A DNA stretch of 59,657 nucleotides, counting the filler, from Platydemus manokwari (Eukaryota): NCBI GenBank assembly GCA_037951405.1. It is 4 parts of 4 records of this genome, joined end to end, with 100 filler letters (N's around TTAATTAATTAA, not from the genome) between each part and the next. Parts side by side here need not be neighbours in the genome. Positions count along the whole stretch, not along the records: positions 21,848 to 31,119 come from JBBMOY011273762.1; positions 31,220 to 43,292 come from JBBMOY010314447.1; 2 more parts are not named here. One strand, given 5' to 3'. A program made the translations under genes and the position numbers. Shown here in pieces: positions 28,001-40,610 of this stretch (its first letter is position 1; the number at the start of each line of letters is the position of its first letter). The notes under the pieces were generated by a model. That model did not search any database. It had not been told where the DNA came from and saw nothing but the letters and a program-made list of their open reading frames with translations.

Positions 28001-30487
28001 GACATGAATTGATTCGTTGTTTGTAAAATCATGCCATCTTGTTTTGGTCAATGTGATTTCCAGTGATCAGAAAGATCAAAAAAATCGAGTGAGATGAATT
28101 ACCACAATGTCAAATACCAAATTATCAAAGAAATTACATTCTACTTCTACATTAATGACTTGCGATTTTAAAATTAAAAAAAAATAATTAATGAAATAGC
28201 AAGTAAAGATAAAATTTTAATCTCGAAATGTAAATAAAATAAAATTCTCACTAACCTGGTGGAAAATGAATACAGAAGAGAGAATATAATGCCTTGTCTC
28301 CAGTTTTGATTATTAGCGGTTCGCAATTTGGTTTCATGAAGATTGAATCGATAGCCAAAACGAGCATCGAGTTTCGTCACTGGTTGTTGACCAACAAGTA
28401 TCTTTTTATTATTAGCTGTTTGTAAAAATACTTTCACACAATAGCGGTAGGTTTCCTATTAATGTTCAGATATTAATCATTTCATTTACATTTGTTCTTT
28501 GATCATATATTAAATTACACAAATAGAAATTCATGTAGCAAATATAAATTTTGTTAAGTTCAAAATAAAATAAAACTACATCTATTAATAAGGTTTTGAA
28601 AACCTTTCAAAGGATTTAAATATCGAAGATGATTTTTTTTTAATTTTTTTAAAAACAAATATTCGCTGTTTGGCAAAATTATTCCATCTCAATAATATCA
28701 ATTCTAAAATCATTCAAGTAGAACTGATATGATCGTTTATAAATTTGAAATGGTGATTTATGTACATGATACCATGTATTTTATATCCAGTAATGGAATA
28801 TCATTTTATTATAGAATTCTTGATAAAAATTTCCAAATAGAATGCACGGAATAAAATAAAATAACTTGGTTGCATCTCTCATTTATGATCGATTAATTGA
28901 AAAAATGATTATTTTAGATAACAAACTATATAAATAGCATTTCATCCCATATAAATTTTAAAATAAAAATATTGAGATTTTTGATATTTTTATGTTTTTT
29001 CATTTCATAATTGTTGTTTTTTTATAAATCAAAATAAGAAGTGATTGTTTATAATCAGCTGGATTTTAATTGGGTAATTCTGATTGAATTACATAACCAG
29101 AAATAAATGAATCCAACATCATAATCTATTATTTAATTAATCTAACCTAATCAATGAATTAAAATTAAATTTTATTTATTTAATAAGTAAAATAACCAGC
29201 TTCCAATATTTTTTCTCAAATTTAAACATAAAAATATTCTCACAATAAATGTATCGAATGAAATTCGTGAGTTCCTTATAAAGATCTCCTTTCAAAACAA
29301 AAATATCATAAACAAATGTTTTGTATAATAAAATAATAATTTAAAAGATAAATGAAAATATAACTACAGACATCGTGTATAATTTCAAATTCTACTTTTA
29401 CTCGAATTGTTTTTGCGAGACACTAGTAGATTTATCACTTTAATTTGAAATACTGAGATGAGAGAAAGTTAATTATATAAATTAAACCCAGAAGCAAACC
29501 CTTTTACAAGTCCCAAAATATACAATACATATTTAAACCACCAGTCAAAATCACAAAACGAAATCATCATATTCTGAATCACATAAACACATGAATCTTT
29601 CAGCCAATATGCCGAAAACTTTAAACGTAAAATAGCTTAGCTTATCATCACAACATTCAGAAACTGAAATGATTAAAATCGAATAAATTTTGACACACAT
29701 ATATACTGAAATTTCACAGTATTCCAGGAGCCTATTTATGTTTTTGAGAGAAAATGACTTCTTGTTATATCGTTTATTTTGCGTCCTTTGGAACCTATAT
29801 ACTTTCAGAATTGTTGTTCATGAGTTGGTTTATTGCGCAATTTATCAGAATTGATTTCAATTTGTTATGTTTATAAAATCTTGTGTTAAATTTATAAAGG
29901 TTAAATATTGAATTGATTGTGAACGTGCTAATTTTACTTCTCAGTTTTATAAATAAAATTCAACTCAATACTTACGTCTAGTTTAAGTTTTCTTTTGAAA
30001 ATTAAATCCGATGCTATCAAATCTTGCTCTTCGTTTTTCCATTCGTATTCCATTGGAACTAATTTCCAGTTTTCTTTGATACCTTCTGGAAAATTCTGCA
30101 AACAATTTCATAAAATGGAAATAGCTTTATAATGAGTTAAGTTGTTTGTACTTTTGTTCGGTAAATATAAGCCGAGCATCTAGATTCAGTGAAATTGGAA
30201 CAATACACTTTTATTCCCTCCAGATAAATAACATTATCCCCAATAACTTCAAAACCGTTGATAAATTGACTAGTTTCCTTACAAATACTAAAGCAAACAG
30301 CATCTTCAATCTCTTGCGATGAGTTGGTAGGGGTATTGTCCTGTTGTGGTTTCTGTCCAGAATTTTCGCTGACTTTATCCAGCCATATAACTCGTTTGAA
30401 TCGTGATTGAGTTGTGAGAATTATGTCGTCGATATATTGCTGATTGATCGGTCCATTTGTTTTCGAGTTTGTAGAATTCACTTGAGA
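25094..30487 (-). CDS. Uncharacterised spliced protein (>=312 aa) with an RVxW PP1-docking-like motif; exons 30487-30152, 30095-29976, 28455-28256, 25932-25814, 25758-25664, 25162-25094; 5' end unresolved
   Basis: Six exons with GT..AG boundaries and matching phases (0,0,2,1,0) give one stop-free reading: SQVNSTNSK...RFKRVIWLD...YIYRTK|NFPEGIKENWKLVPMEYEW...KLKLD|ETYRYCVKVF...YSFSTR|SLLAVDSQR...ETSSE|ENLSS...VSKK|TNIF...NTET*. Two of the introns are 55-56 nt. The last exon is the least certain. Confidence 0.8.
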
Positions 30488-31119
30488 CTGGAATTATATC
30501 AAATTAAATAATTCCTTTTCAGAATGAGAAGATCCAAGCAATATCGCTTTTTAATGTGTTTCAAATATTTCCCGATACGATTGATGGTGGATAATAATAT
30601 TTATAAAATTTGTAAATCAAATTATCAGTCAATTACAGAGTAATTTATAAAAAGAAAACGGTCTTCTTTTAATAGCAGTAAATTGAATTTTATACAAACT
30701 CCAATAAAACTGTTGCAATGCTGCGTGAACCAGTAAGATTTTCAAATGATTTATAATAATTCCATCGCTTTAAACCTAGTTTGATTATTTTAGAATTTGG
30801 CCAAAATATATTACGCTATAATATAATGGTACAATGTCTATCATTTTAAAATAAATTAAATTTAACAATATCATATCTAATATTAATCAATTTAATATTG
30901 AATATCAATTATTGTCAAAGTATTGTCGATATTTTACCTACAAAATATTTTTCGCATAATTATGATTATTATTAAAAAAAACAATTTATATACCACCTTA
31001 AAATTTTTATATAATTAAGTTAATAATATCAATCTTCAAATTAAAGTGAAATTATATAGATTTGGAATTGGTTATACAGTTATTGGATATAAAATATATC
31101 GAATGTGGTTTACCAGTGT

Positions 31120-31219
31120 NNNNNNNNNNNNNNNNNNNNNNNNNNNNNNNNNNNNNNNNNNNNTTAATTAATTAANNNNNNNNNNNNNNNNNNNNNNNNN
31201 NNNNNNNNNNNNNNNNNNN
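31120..31219. other. Assembly gap with artificial six-frame-stop linker
   Basis: N44-TTAATTAATTAA-N44. Confidence 0.98.
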
Positions 31220-31599
31220 ACTCTATATCTATAACATTTATAATAATACCTCGTATTTTAATTTCAGAATTATTTCTGTTTAATAACATAAAATATTTTA
31301 AAAAATCGTATTTTGATATTTTAAATTGTTTTTGTACAAAGTTTCTATTAAAGAAGAAAAAAGAAAATGGCTAGTATCATATAAAATGGATGTATGGTAG
31401 ATGTTCTATTAAAATTTATCAAGCTACACTTGTAATACGTTTGCTTGTTTGATAAAAGGTTTATGATGTATATCTGTGTATGTATTCGGTTATCAACCAA
31501 GTTTACACCGGTTTTAGGTTTTTTCAAATCTTATTTTTCATCAAATATTAACAAGTAATTAATCAATAATGTGTCTTCCATTTTTGTTTACAACTTCTT

Positions 31600-32280
31600 T
31601 TCAATGTTCAACAAATTTTAGTATTAATATCCAAGTTTATATTCAAAAAAACTCCACACTTAGCATTTGAAACGGATCGAAATAAGTTCAAATAAGTCTA
31701 TACTCAATCGGGAAAGTACAGGACGGGGCAGAAATACGTTGATATAAAGGTGACAGTTGCTTGTATAGCAAAAGAACTCCGTACTTCCATTAAATCTTTT
31801 CAGTTGAATTATCATGGTGAGTCGGTCTATCTGTTTTACTCAGAATTCCACGTTGACAATTTGCCTTCGTTCAAACAAATAATTCCTATCAAGTCCCACC
31901 ATAAGCACAACATCGTTTTACTCCGATAACGTTCTTGTTCCACACGAGTTGTCCCTTGCATATCAAGCTAAGCTATTCCTTGCCCTACTTCCCATTGATA
32001 TACAGTCATCATTGTCCGAGGCGATAACGATTTGGTAAAGAAATCGTCACTTGTCTGCATTATTTGAGCGGTAATGAGCAAGCAAATCAGCGGATATTGT
32101 TTGATTTTATTGATTTTTATTATTGTAACTTAAAGTAGGCAGTGAACTTCAAATCGAGTGAAAACATTTCTCTGTAGAAGTGTTGAAGCAATTCATTTTC
32201 TCCACTCTTTCTTGATTCAGAAATTTCTTTAATTTGCTATTCGTCAAACTCAACTGGAGGACAGGAAAGAAAATAGTTTG
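31600..32280 (-). mobile_element. Decayed mariner transposase
   Basis: The minus strand reads KTMLCLWWDLIGII (~31880-31920), the mariner KxMxxVWWDxxG motif, and carries a degenerate PPYSPD-like remnant near 31710-31730. Confidence 0.7.
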
Positions 32281-32503
32281 TAAAGTCAAAACTTCTATTT
32301 TAAATTTGACTTATCAAACACGTGTTGTTCTTACAGCTATAGCACCCTCCCAATACACAGAATAAATGTCGCCAATCCTCAATATATAAAGTGAGTGACA
32401 GAACTACGACATAATATCTAAGGAAAATCTTAAAACATTCATGCGAAATTGCGATTGATATTTAAAATTTTTAAACATTCAGCTTTAGTAAACATACATA
32501 ACT

Positions 32504-32585
32504 TATATAATAATAATTTTTATTATATATATATGTGTATATATATATATACATATATATATATAATAAAAATTATTATTATATA
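32504..32585. repeat. AT-rich near-perfect palindrome/hairpin
   Basis: tatataataataatttttattatatatatatgt ... acatatatatatataataaaaattattattatata. Confidence 0.8.
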
Positions 32586-32930
32586 TATTAAACATTAATG
32601 TAGTTATGAGCTATAAATTCATCAATATTGTGTGCTTCAAGTATCAAGCATCAGCTTAATATATACTACTGTTTGTCATTTACAAATTCGATTAATATAA
32701 ATCACATTTACTTACAAATAATCAGCACCATAATTGTTTATCTGAACATTTAAACAAAATTAGCAAACGACTGAATTATCGTGATAATCACGCATTGCTT
32801 ACAAAAGGCACATAACACAATAAGACAGATCAATGAAATCATTTTGATGTATATCATAAATGGAATATTTCTATTAGTCATATCATTATCTCAATAATCA
32901 TTGTCATCGTTAAAATTATTGATTTTGCTA

Positions 32931-35900
32931 ATGGAAGAACAAAAACTTTTAGTCAATGCATGTTCGGTAAGTTAAATTTATTTTTCATTTATTTATATTT
33001 ATTTTAAACCTTTAGATACTGATAAACGATTTAAGTCACATAATATGGCTCCGGGACGTTTCCCATGATATGAGAGAACGAGAAAATGAGGTTTTTGCTT
33101 TTTAATCTTAATAAATTCTAATCAATTCTGATTCAGAGAGAATTGAATTTATATTCGCAAGATGAAGATTTCAGTTTAGTGATTTATAAATGTTTTCAGA
33201 AACAATTTAAGAATTTACAAAAATATTCTACTGTTAGTGACGTAAAAGGAGTAATTTTTCCAATTTATTAATTCGTTTTAAGATGATAACGAAATTTCGG
33301 GAAATTGGAATTTTCATTGATGAAACTGAAGACAATTTGGAGAACAAAGATTTTATGATAGATGTACGATTATACTTTCTATTTTTAAGAATTTGTTTCA
33401 TTTGATTTTGTAATTTAATTATTATGAATATGATTATTATTATTAATATTATAAGTACTAGTAGTAATAATATTACTAGTAGTATTAATATTTATATTAT
33501 TTTAATTATAAATATTATAATTATTATTATGTTGGTATTCAAAATGCTTGACGCTTAAACTGACTTCCTCTGAAATTTAGGTCAATACTGGCCAACACAA
33601 TGTATCCGATCATATGAGACAAAAAATATTTACAATGGTTACAGTATAGAGTCTGAGACCCGTTATTGATTTAGTTAAAGGTCAACTCAGTTAAAAATAA
33701 AGTAATATCCAGATACGGTCTCAAATTACTGGGTAGCATTAGCTGCCGTCCATTACTACTTTGTCAATGTATTAAATTACAATTATATGATTACGATGCT
33801 ATGCAAAGGTGCGTAGTGAAGCTAATATTCAAAATTATACCACTCTTCATCGTTAACTCAGCACATAAACTATAAACTATCGTAATGTTCACCGAGATTT
33901 GTCATCTTGTCAATTGATTTACTCCAATGGTTTGCATATTCTTTAGTGGTATTTAATATGCCACAAATGCAAACCTCTTGATGTGTTTTATTTATCTACC
34001 ACTATTATTATATATGATTTGCTGTATTAATTGACTCGGGACTATTTCATATTTTATTTATCCAAATTTATTGTACAAAATTGATTGATTCTGGTTATGA
34101 TCATACCAATACGATTATTATGGCTCATCCGTGTTTATCAATTTGATTTTAAACTTGATTATCAAACAAGAATAATTTCAGGTCTTCATGACCTTTATTA
34201 TTTAAAATCAATACTATTGACTTGATATAATGCGTTGAAACGTCACATTTATTATAAATAATGCTAATATTGTTATAATAATAATTATTATTATAAATAT
34301 TATTGCTATTTATAGCATGTGAGAAAATGTGAAAGCAAATTTGTATCCCTGGCTTCACCTTGTTAAGTAATAGCGAATATGACAAAAATGACATTGTATT
34401 CGAATACACGAATGAGTAGAGTAGAAACGACTACAAAAGTAATTTATTTCTACAATTTGTGTTTAAATTGGCAAATCTATAACCAGGAAACCTTAGCCTT
34501 TTCCTAATGCTAATGTTATAGTACTATTTGACTCCTGTACTCATTACGGAAAAAAGTTATATAGATTATGTTTAATGTATTTTATGTACTAATGACCGCA
34601 TTGGAATCCTTATCTACTTTGTTGGGTATATCACAAATCAATCAAAAGGGACAAAAGAACCAAGGAAAGAACCCTAAAAGGATCAATACACACAGACCCG
34701 TTAAACACACGTGCAGTTAACCAATGAGATTCTTTCTAATATTAATCCATATTTAGGAGCTAAGAACCGATAAGCACATACCTACAAATGCAGCAAGCTC
34801 AAATATTTGCCAATGGAGCCAGAGATATGAAGAAAATTTCAAGTAGATCGATCTACGAACAAATTCAGCGAATGGTAAATGAAGATTCCTAACATCAATC
34901 AGACACACCGGATGAGTCTATAAAAGAGGATGAGTTCCATAAATACCTACCAGTCTTTTTGGTCGGTAACTTGAATGCCTATCTTTGTGTATTTTTAGTA
35001 ATCAGTCTTTTTGATTACTTTCCATTCTGTTTTTGACTTTCTGGTGATGATCCCGTTTTGAGTGAATTTCTTTTGTGAATTGTGAAAATATTTACTGTTG
35101 TTATTGAGACTCCGATTGTGATATTTTGGTTAATAAAATTTGAGATTTAAATTGTTGATTGGAAAACCAACACCTTGGAACTATGATTTTCATATTTTGC
35201 ACAATTTTATACATATACGGTCATGCTGACATGGTAGCGGAACAGTCACAATCAGTATTAAACGAAGGTTTCTCTTCAACAATGGATACAAGATGACACT
35301 TGAACTGGAACTTTCATTTCCAACTGAAATTAGTTGATAACTGCAATCGGAATCTTAAAAATCAAAACATCGAATAGAAATTAGGGAAGTAAAATCTTGA
35401 TCATAAATATCGCAGCGAATATAACTTGTGGTTTTTATTTGTTTTTGTTGTTGGATATGATAGGTGGCATATATATGGGGGCCAGTAAAATAAATGAAAT
35501 CTTAATAAAATCTAAAAAAATCAAATTTAAATAATTTATTTCTAAAAATCTGACATGCAATTATACCAAAGTGTTAGCAAACCATAACAAACCCTAAACA
35601 TGGTCTCCATCAGCTTCAATGACACGCTGGAGGTGACGTGTAAAATTTTGAAACTCGCTTGGCCTCCGATATTGACTCCAAATATTGGCGAAAATCGTTG
35701 TTCACCTTCCTGAATTACTGATGTTTTTTCCATGTCAGTAGCACTCGTCGTTCTTGATTATAAACCGATCCATGAGGTTTGTGTAGGTGAGTAGACCGGC
35801 TGCTTTAGTAGCGACATGCGATGTTCTTCAAGCCAAAGTCGAATCAACTATGCTGAATGACTATTCCCCAATGCGCTAGTCTTGTTGGAAAGTTTAAAAT

Positions 35901-36857
35901 CATATTATGCAGGCATTGTAGGTATCTCTAAGCACTGATGGATCCACAGTCGTCAAGAATTTCGAAATACGTGAGTGATTTTGCTTAGTTGCTGGTTGAG
36001 ATAAGATATTATCCGCCTAGAAATAGTTGGACGATCACCAGTGCCATCCACCAAAACAAGGTTGAATTCTTTTAAATGTACGTCTCGAAGGTAAATCTTT
36101 TGTTCATCGATCACAATGACATTTTCCTTAACCTTTCTTGCCGAATAAACATTTAGCTTTTATTGTTATCAGGTGACTCTTATTCTCTTCTTATTATCCA
36201 TCAGAATTTGAGGAACCCATCTGTTGCTAAGTGACTTCTTTACAACTTCTTGTTTCAATGTCCGGCGAACACTCGCTTCCTTAATATCAGTGACACTTGC
36301 AATGGCTAGGCAGCTTAAGTGACAATCTTCTTCAGTAGCCGAAAATTCGTTTCGTGCTGATGTTGCAATGAGGAAATTTATGTCGCATTATTTTTCTTTC
36401 ATCTTTCAGGCTATATCATATAACCAACTGTAATCGATTTATTTAAATTTAAATCTTGAACCTAAGAAAGATTTACCTAGAAAATTTTACCTTTGATCTT
36501 GGGATATTTTCTTACTGATAAAAATAATTTTTTTGGATAATTGTCATCTAACTCTGCCCGATATTCAACAGTGTCATACCATATACACAAGGGTTGAAAC
36601 CGAATTACAGATAGTTAAGTTACTAATCACGGTAAATTTCAAGCTGTTTATTTTGGATAGAAACACTTTATAAAAAGAGCTTTTCCTATAAAAACAGACA
36701 GCTTTCATGAAATGGCAAATAGTTACCCCCTTTTCACAAGTCCCAATCTCTTTAGTGGACATAATGAATGATGCTCAGTTACTTCATTTAATATTATTTT
36801 ACCATAAATATTTGTTATAATTATTTTTTTACAATTAATTATTACTATAAAGTCTGA

Positions 36858-36914
<57 letters not shown>

Positions 36915-39900
36915 TATTTGTATAATTATTAACATTGTTATTATTAAAGACACAGTTATGCAATCAATTAAACAAGGAAATAACACTGTTAAAAAAGTGT
37001 GAATTCTATGCGTTACATATGGGTTCAATCATGCACCGTGCTATGCCAAATAGCTTAAATGATGATCAAGTTATCAAAGCTTCTGTATTAGAAAATTTCA
37101 CAAAAGTGAATTTTTAATTTGAAAATTAATGTTTTTTTAATAATCCCAGGATAGATATGAATTCACCAAAGGTGAAATAGTCGAGATTATAGAGATGGAG
37201 AATGAAGTGCACTGGAAAGTAAGATTTTGAATATAAACATGGATTTAAGAGTACTTCAAATTGTAAGAATTACCAGTAATCTAAATTTTATATCTTATCT
37301 GACTGTGCCACATTCATTCATTTAAATATTTCAGGTTCGTAAACAAGACATTTATTCCGTTTCAGTATCACCGTTATTCTTGAAAGTTCATGCCGATCAG
37401 GCTGAAGGCAAAATCATTTTCAAGTAAAAAAATTTATTTTTCAAATTAACCGCTGCAAATTCTTTAGACTAATCGAACGAATGAATAATCTGCTAGACAA
37501 TGTCACGCAGAGATTCTTGAATAATGTTTCAAGATCTCCATCGGTCAACATATATGGGGTATCGCTTAATAGTATAGTTTAATTATGAATTTATTATATC
37601 ATCTGAAGTATTATGGGAACGAGAAGAATATTTCGAAAAATGTCAACGATTTCATGAATCTTTTGGAAAAAAGTAAAGCATTTTTATTTATGATTGATCG
37701 ATTTATTTAGATAAGCTATTATAATATATTGATTTTACACGTTTAGTCAATAATTTTCGTGAATTCATTATTATTATTATTATCATTATTATTATTTTTA
37801 TCATTATTATTATTATTATTGTTTTTTTATTATTATAACTACTACTTGTAATTACAATGCCTTTTAGTTTTGGAAATTCTAGTATGTTACTACTAATTGC
37901 TGTTCAAAATTTTTAGTTTAATCAATTTATTTGTTTTAAACTGAATTGATTGATTTCGTTGATTTGATTCATTTATACTATAACTATCATGTATATTAAT
38001 ATATTGATTTAACAAGAAAACACCTGACAAATGATGAGCTAAATTTTATGATAATTAAGATCAGTCATTAATTACTTCAATGCTCATATTTACAAAATGA
38101 AACAGAAGGAATTGATTCCATTTTTATACTATTTTATATTATTCTATTTATACCTGATTTAAACAAATATGAAATGTCCAAGATATTTCGAGTTTTGGAT
38201 TAAAAATATATAATAGATGTATGAAAATCATTACGTCATCACAATGAGAGAAAAACGCAAATGTTTTGTTATATCATTAGCATTGTAGCTCAATGACGTA
38301 GATTAATTTTTATAAAATAATTTTATAAAAAATGAAATATCAAATCTAGTATGAAACAAATTATGAATGTTTTCACTTGTGTTGAACCTTGCCAAATTAA
38401 ATTCCCAAGATATTCCAACTCAGAAGCATTTTGATTTAATTCTAATTTATATTTTGAATTTTATTTGTTTTCGTCTCGATGCATTGTCTAGTGTGTTAAA
38501 ACGACTCAAAATTGCGACTAAAACTCATGAAATTATGATTATAAAGGATACACACATTGTCAAGAAATGCACGTATTCTCGACATCCAATCAGAGCCTTT
38601 TAAATCAATATTCTAATACTGTACATGCTGTAATCACGGTGTTTGTTTTATAGTTTTTATTTCTTGGATGAATTCAATTTGTGAGTCAGAACTGTGTGAT
38701 GATATTTGATTTATCGATTCACATCAATCAAATTATTGCATATTTAAGTGTGTTAAAAATTTAACAATATTATTAAAAGTACAAAATGAATAAAAAAGTA
38801 ATTTCTAAATGTCAAAACACACCAGTCATAGATCAAATCAATTCATCAATCCAGTTATTTTCGATAAGAAATATTTCATTCCAATTTATTGATATAAATT
38901 CTGTAAATATTGATGGAATGATAAATGAGCATTGTTTGTTTTAATAATCAATACAAACTTATACTCTTTGAATGGAAATATTGATAAAAATTTTGGCTTC
39001 ATCATATCAAGATGATTTATATCGTCCAGTGTTTTGTGGATAGCTAATGAGGTCGAAATCTTTGACTCATTATTCAACAAAGATTTTTTTATCGATATCA
39101 CTTAATCCCAATGATTGGGTTACAATACATTTCCAACTATTACTCATAATTTTTTTACATGACAATATAACTGATTTTTACTCAGATTTTGTATAACGAA
39201 ATTTGTTTTAATGTTGCATTAAAGTTTTAAAGAACTCTTGTATTTTGTTATCAGTGTAAGCCGCTATTATTTTTTAGAAATCACTCATCGAAAACGAACT
39301 GAAAAGTCAAAACATCCAATTATAATTAAGTACAATTATTTAAACCAATAAACTTGATTTATACAAAAATATTTATACCAAATTAAATTTTAATTCCAAT
39401 TAAAATACTCACATCCGCTTTTCTTTAAAATCTTTAATTTTCTTTGTATTCTTAATTGGCATTGTATCGAATGCTCACATTTTTATATCCATAAAAAACT
39501 CTAGTAATTCTATCTGTTTTATATCTTCTCTACATTTTCTTTATATATTACCTATATAGTCTCATCGGATTTCTCATATTTTTCAGTCATAGATCTTTTC
39601 ACAATCGAATTCTGATGCGTGGTCGCCATGTAAGCCGCTACTATTTTTACAAATCATCCATTGAAAACATACTGAAAAATCACTTATTGAAAACAAACTG
39701 AAAAATCGCGACACCCAATTATATCTAAATACAATTATTTAAACAAATAAATTTGATTTATACAAAAAAATTCATACCAAATTAATTATTATATAAAATT
39801 TAATTTAAAAAAATGTTAGTTCAATTTAAATCATCAAACTAGATTTTTAGATTCATATTTGTGAAAGACGACCTTAAATCAACAGAGAAATTAATTATTC

Positions 39901-40610
39901 ATATAATAAAGCTCAAAAGTTCATTTTTAATGAACAAAATTTATTTATTCTCATCACTATCGTGAAAATTCAAAATTTTTGTTCCTAATTGCAATGATAC
40001 ATACTCTAACCTCAGAAGTTAATAATTTACTTCTTTCACATTTTTCAGCTTCACATATTGTACCTATCAAATTCATTCAGGAAGATTTTTGCAATTTAAA
40101 TTTAACAATACCACGAGTTGTTCACCGATAAATATGGTTCGCAGTTCTTTCTAATCATCAGTATCGAATAGAAAATTTAATAAATAAATCGATAATTTTG
40201 CTTTCTGGTTGTGATTATATCTTTATTTACAAAACGGAATATCATGAGATTTAAGAAATTTACTTAATTTTAGATCAAGTGAACATTTCTGACGATTGGA
40301 AGAAGAATATTGAGCTTATAAAAGTAGTTTTAAATTCAGTTTAATAATAAACCGATATTTATAATAAAAAATAGAAATCCTATTCGACGCTTATCATGCC
40401 GTGTATTTATTTATATAAAACTCAAGCTAAAAATACCAAGGAAGACACTAAAGGCAAAAATTTAAAATTGTAAGATTTACTTTTATTACATTGGAGTATT
40501 TGATATGCTAATTCAGATTTCTGAAATTCGAAATTGAAATATCAGACAAAAACATAACAAATGAAGAACGAATTGAAATGTTGTCAAGTAACAGGAATTC
40601 GATGAAATAG
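32931..40610 (+). CDS. Multi-exon protein with a plakin/spectraplakin-type SH3 domain; core exons 32931-32966, 33016-33090, 33137-33232, 33283-33363, 36950-37105, 37150-37218, 37335-37423, 37468-37558, 37609-37672, 40274-40323, 40375-40469, 40517-40610 (possible extra exons at 33581-33637 and 36572-36631)
   Basis: Phase-compatible GT..AG introns, many 44-51 nt long, give an open frame from MEEQKLLVNACS. The segment VIKASVLENFTK|DRYEFTKGEIVEIIEMENEVHWK|VRKQDIYSVSVSPLFL fits the SH3 pattern, flanked by helical-looking sequence as in the plakin SR5-SH3 module. Exon choice after 37558 and between 33363 and 36950 is less certain. Confidence 0.72.
34620..35245 (+). mobile_element. 5' LTR (34620-35231) with primer-binding site of a truncated LTR retrotransposon, inside an intron
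   Basis: It starts TGTTGG and ends CTGACA, immediately followed by TGGTAGCG (PBS-like). TATAAAAG (~34918), a pyrimidine-rich R/U5 and AATAAA (~35132) occur in the expected order. Confidence 0.65.
35560..36380 (-). mobile_element. Decayed mariner transposase, intronic
   Basis: The minus strand reads SVRRTLKQEVVKKSLSNRWVPQIL (WVPHxL motif), NVIVIDEQKIY (first catalytic D) and WLEEHRMSLLKQPVYSP (YSPD motif), with stops and frameshifts. Confidence 0.8.
36859..36911. repeat. (ATT)n microsatellite
   Basis: About 17 ATT units; this explains the poly-Ile in ORF 36723-37028. Confidence 0.95.
39255..39790 (-). mobile_element. TRIM-like miniature non-autonomous LTR retroelement (3' LTR 39255-39413, internal 39414-39628, 5' LTR 39629-~39790)
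   Basis: There are two direct repeats of ~130-160 bp. On the minus strand the 5' copy ends ..GGCTTACA and is followed by TGGCGACC (PBS). The purine tract AAAGAAAAAGCGGA directly precedes TGTGAG, the start of the 3' copy, which also ends GGCTTACA. Confidence 0.7.

Noticed and set aside
36723-37028. ORF with a long poly-Ile 'transmembrane' segment
   Set aside because: It is the translation of an (ATT)n microsatellite, antisense to real plus-strand exons.
40049-40160. Candidate extra exon of the SH3 gene after the TTTTTCAG acceptor
   Set aside because: No frame and donor combination is phase-compatible with both neighbouring exons without a stop.
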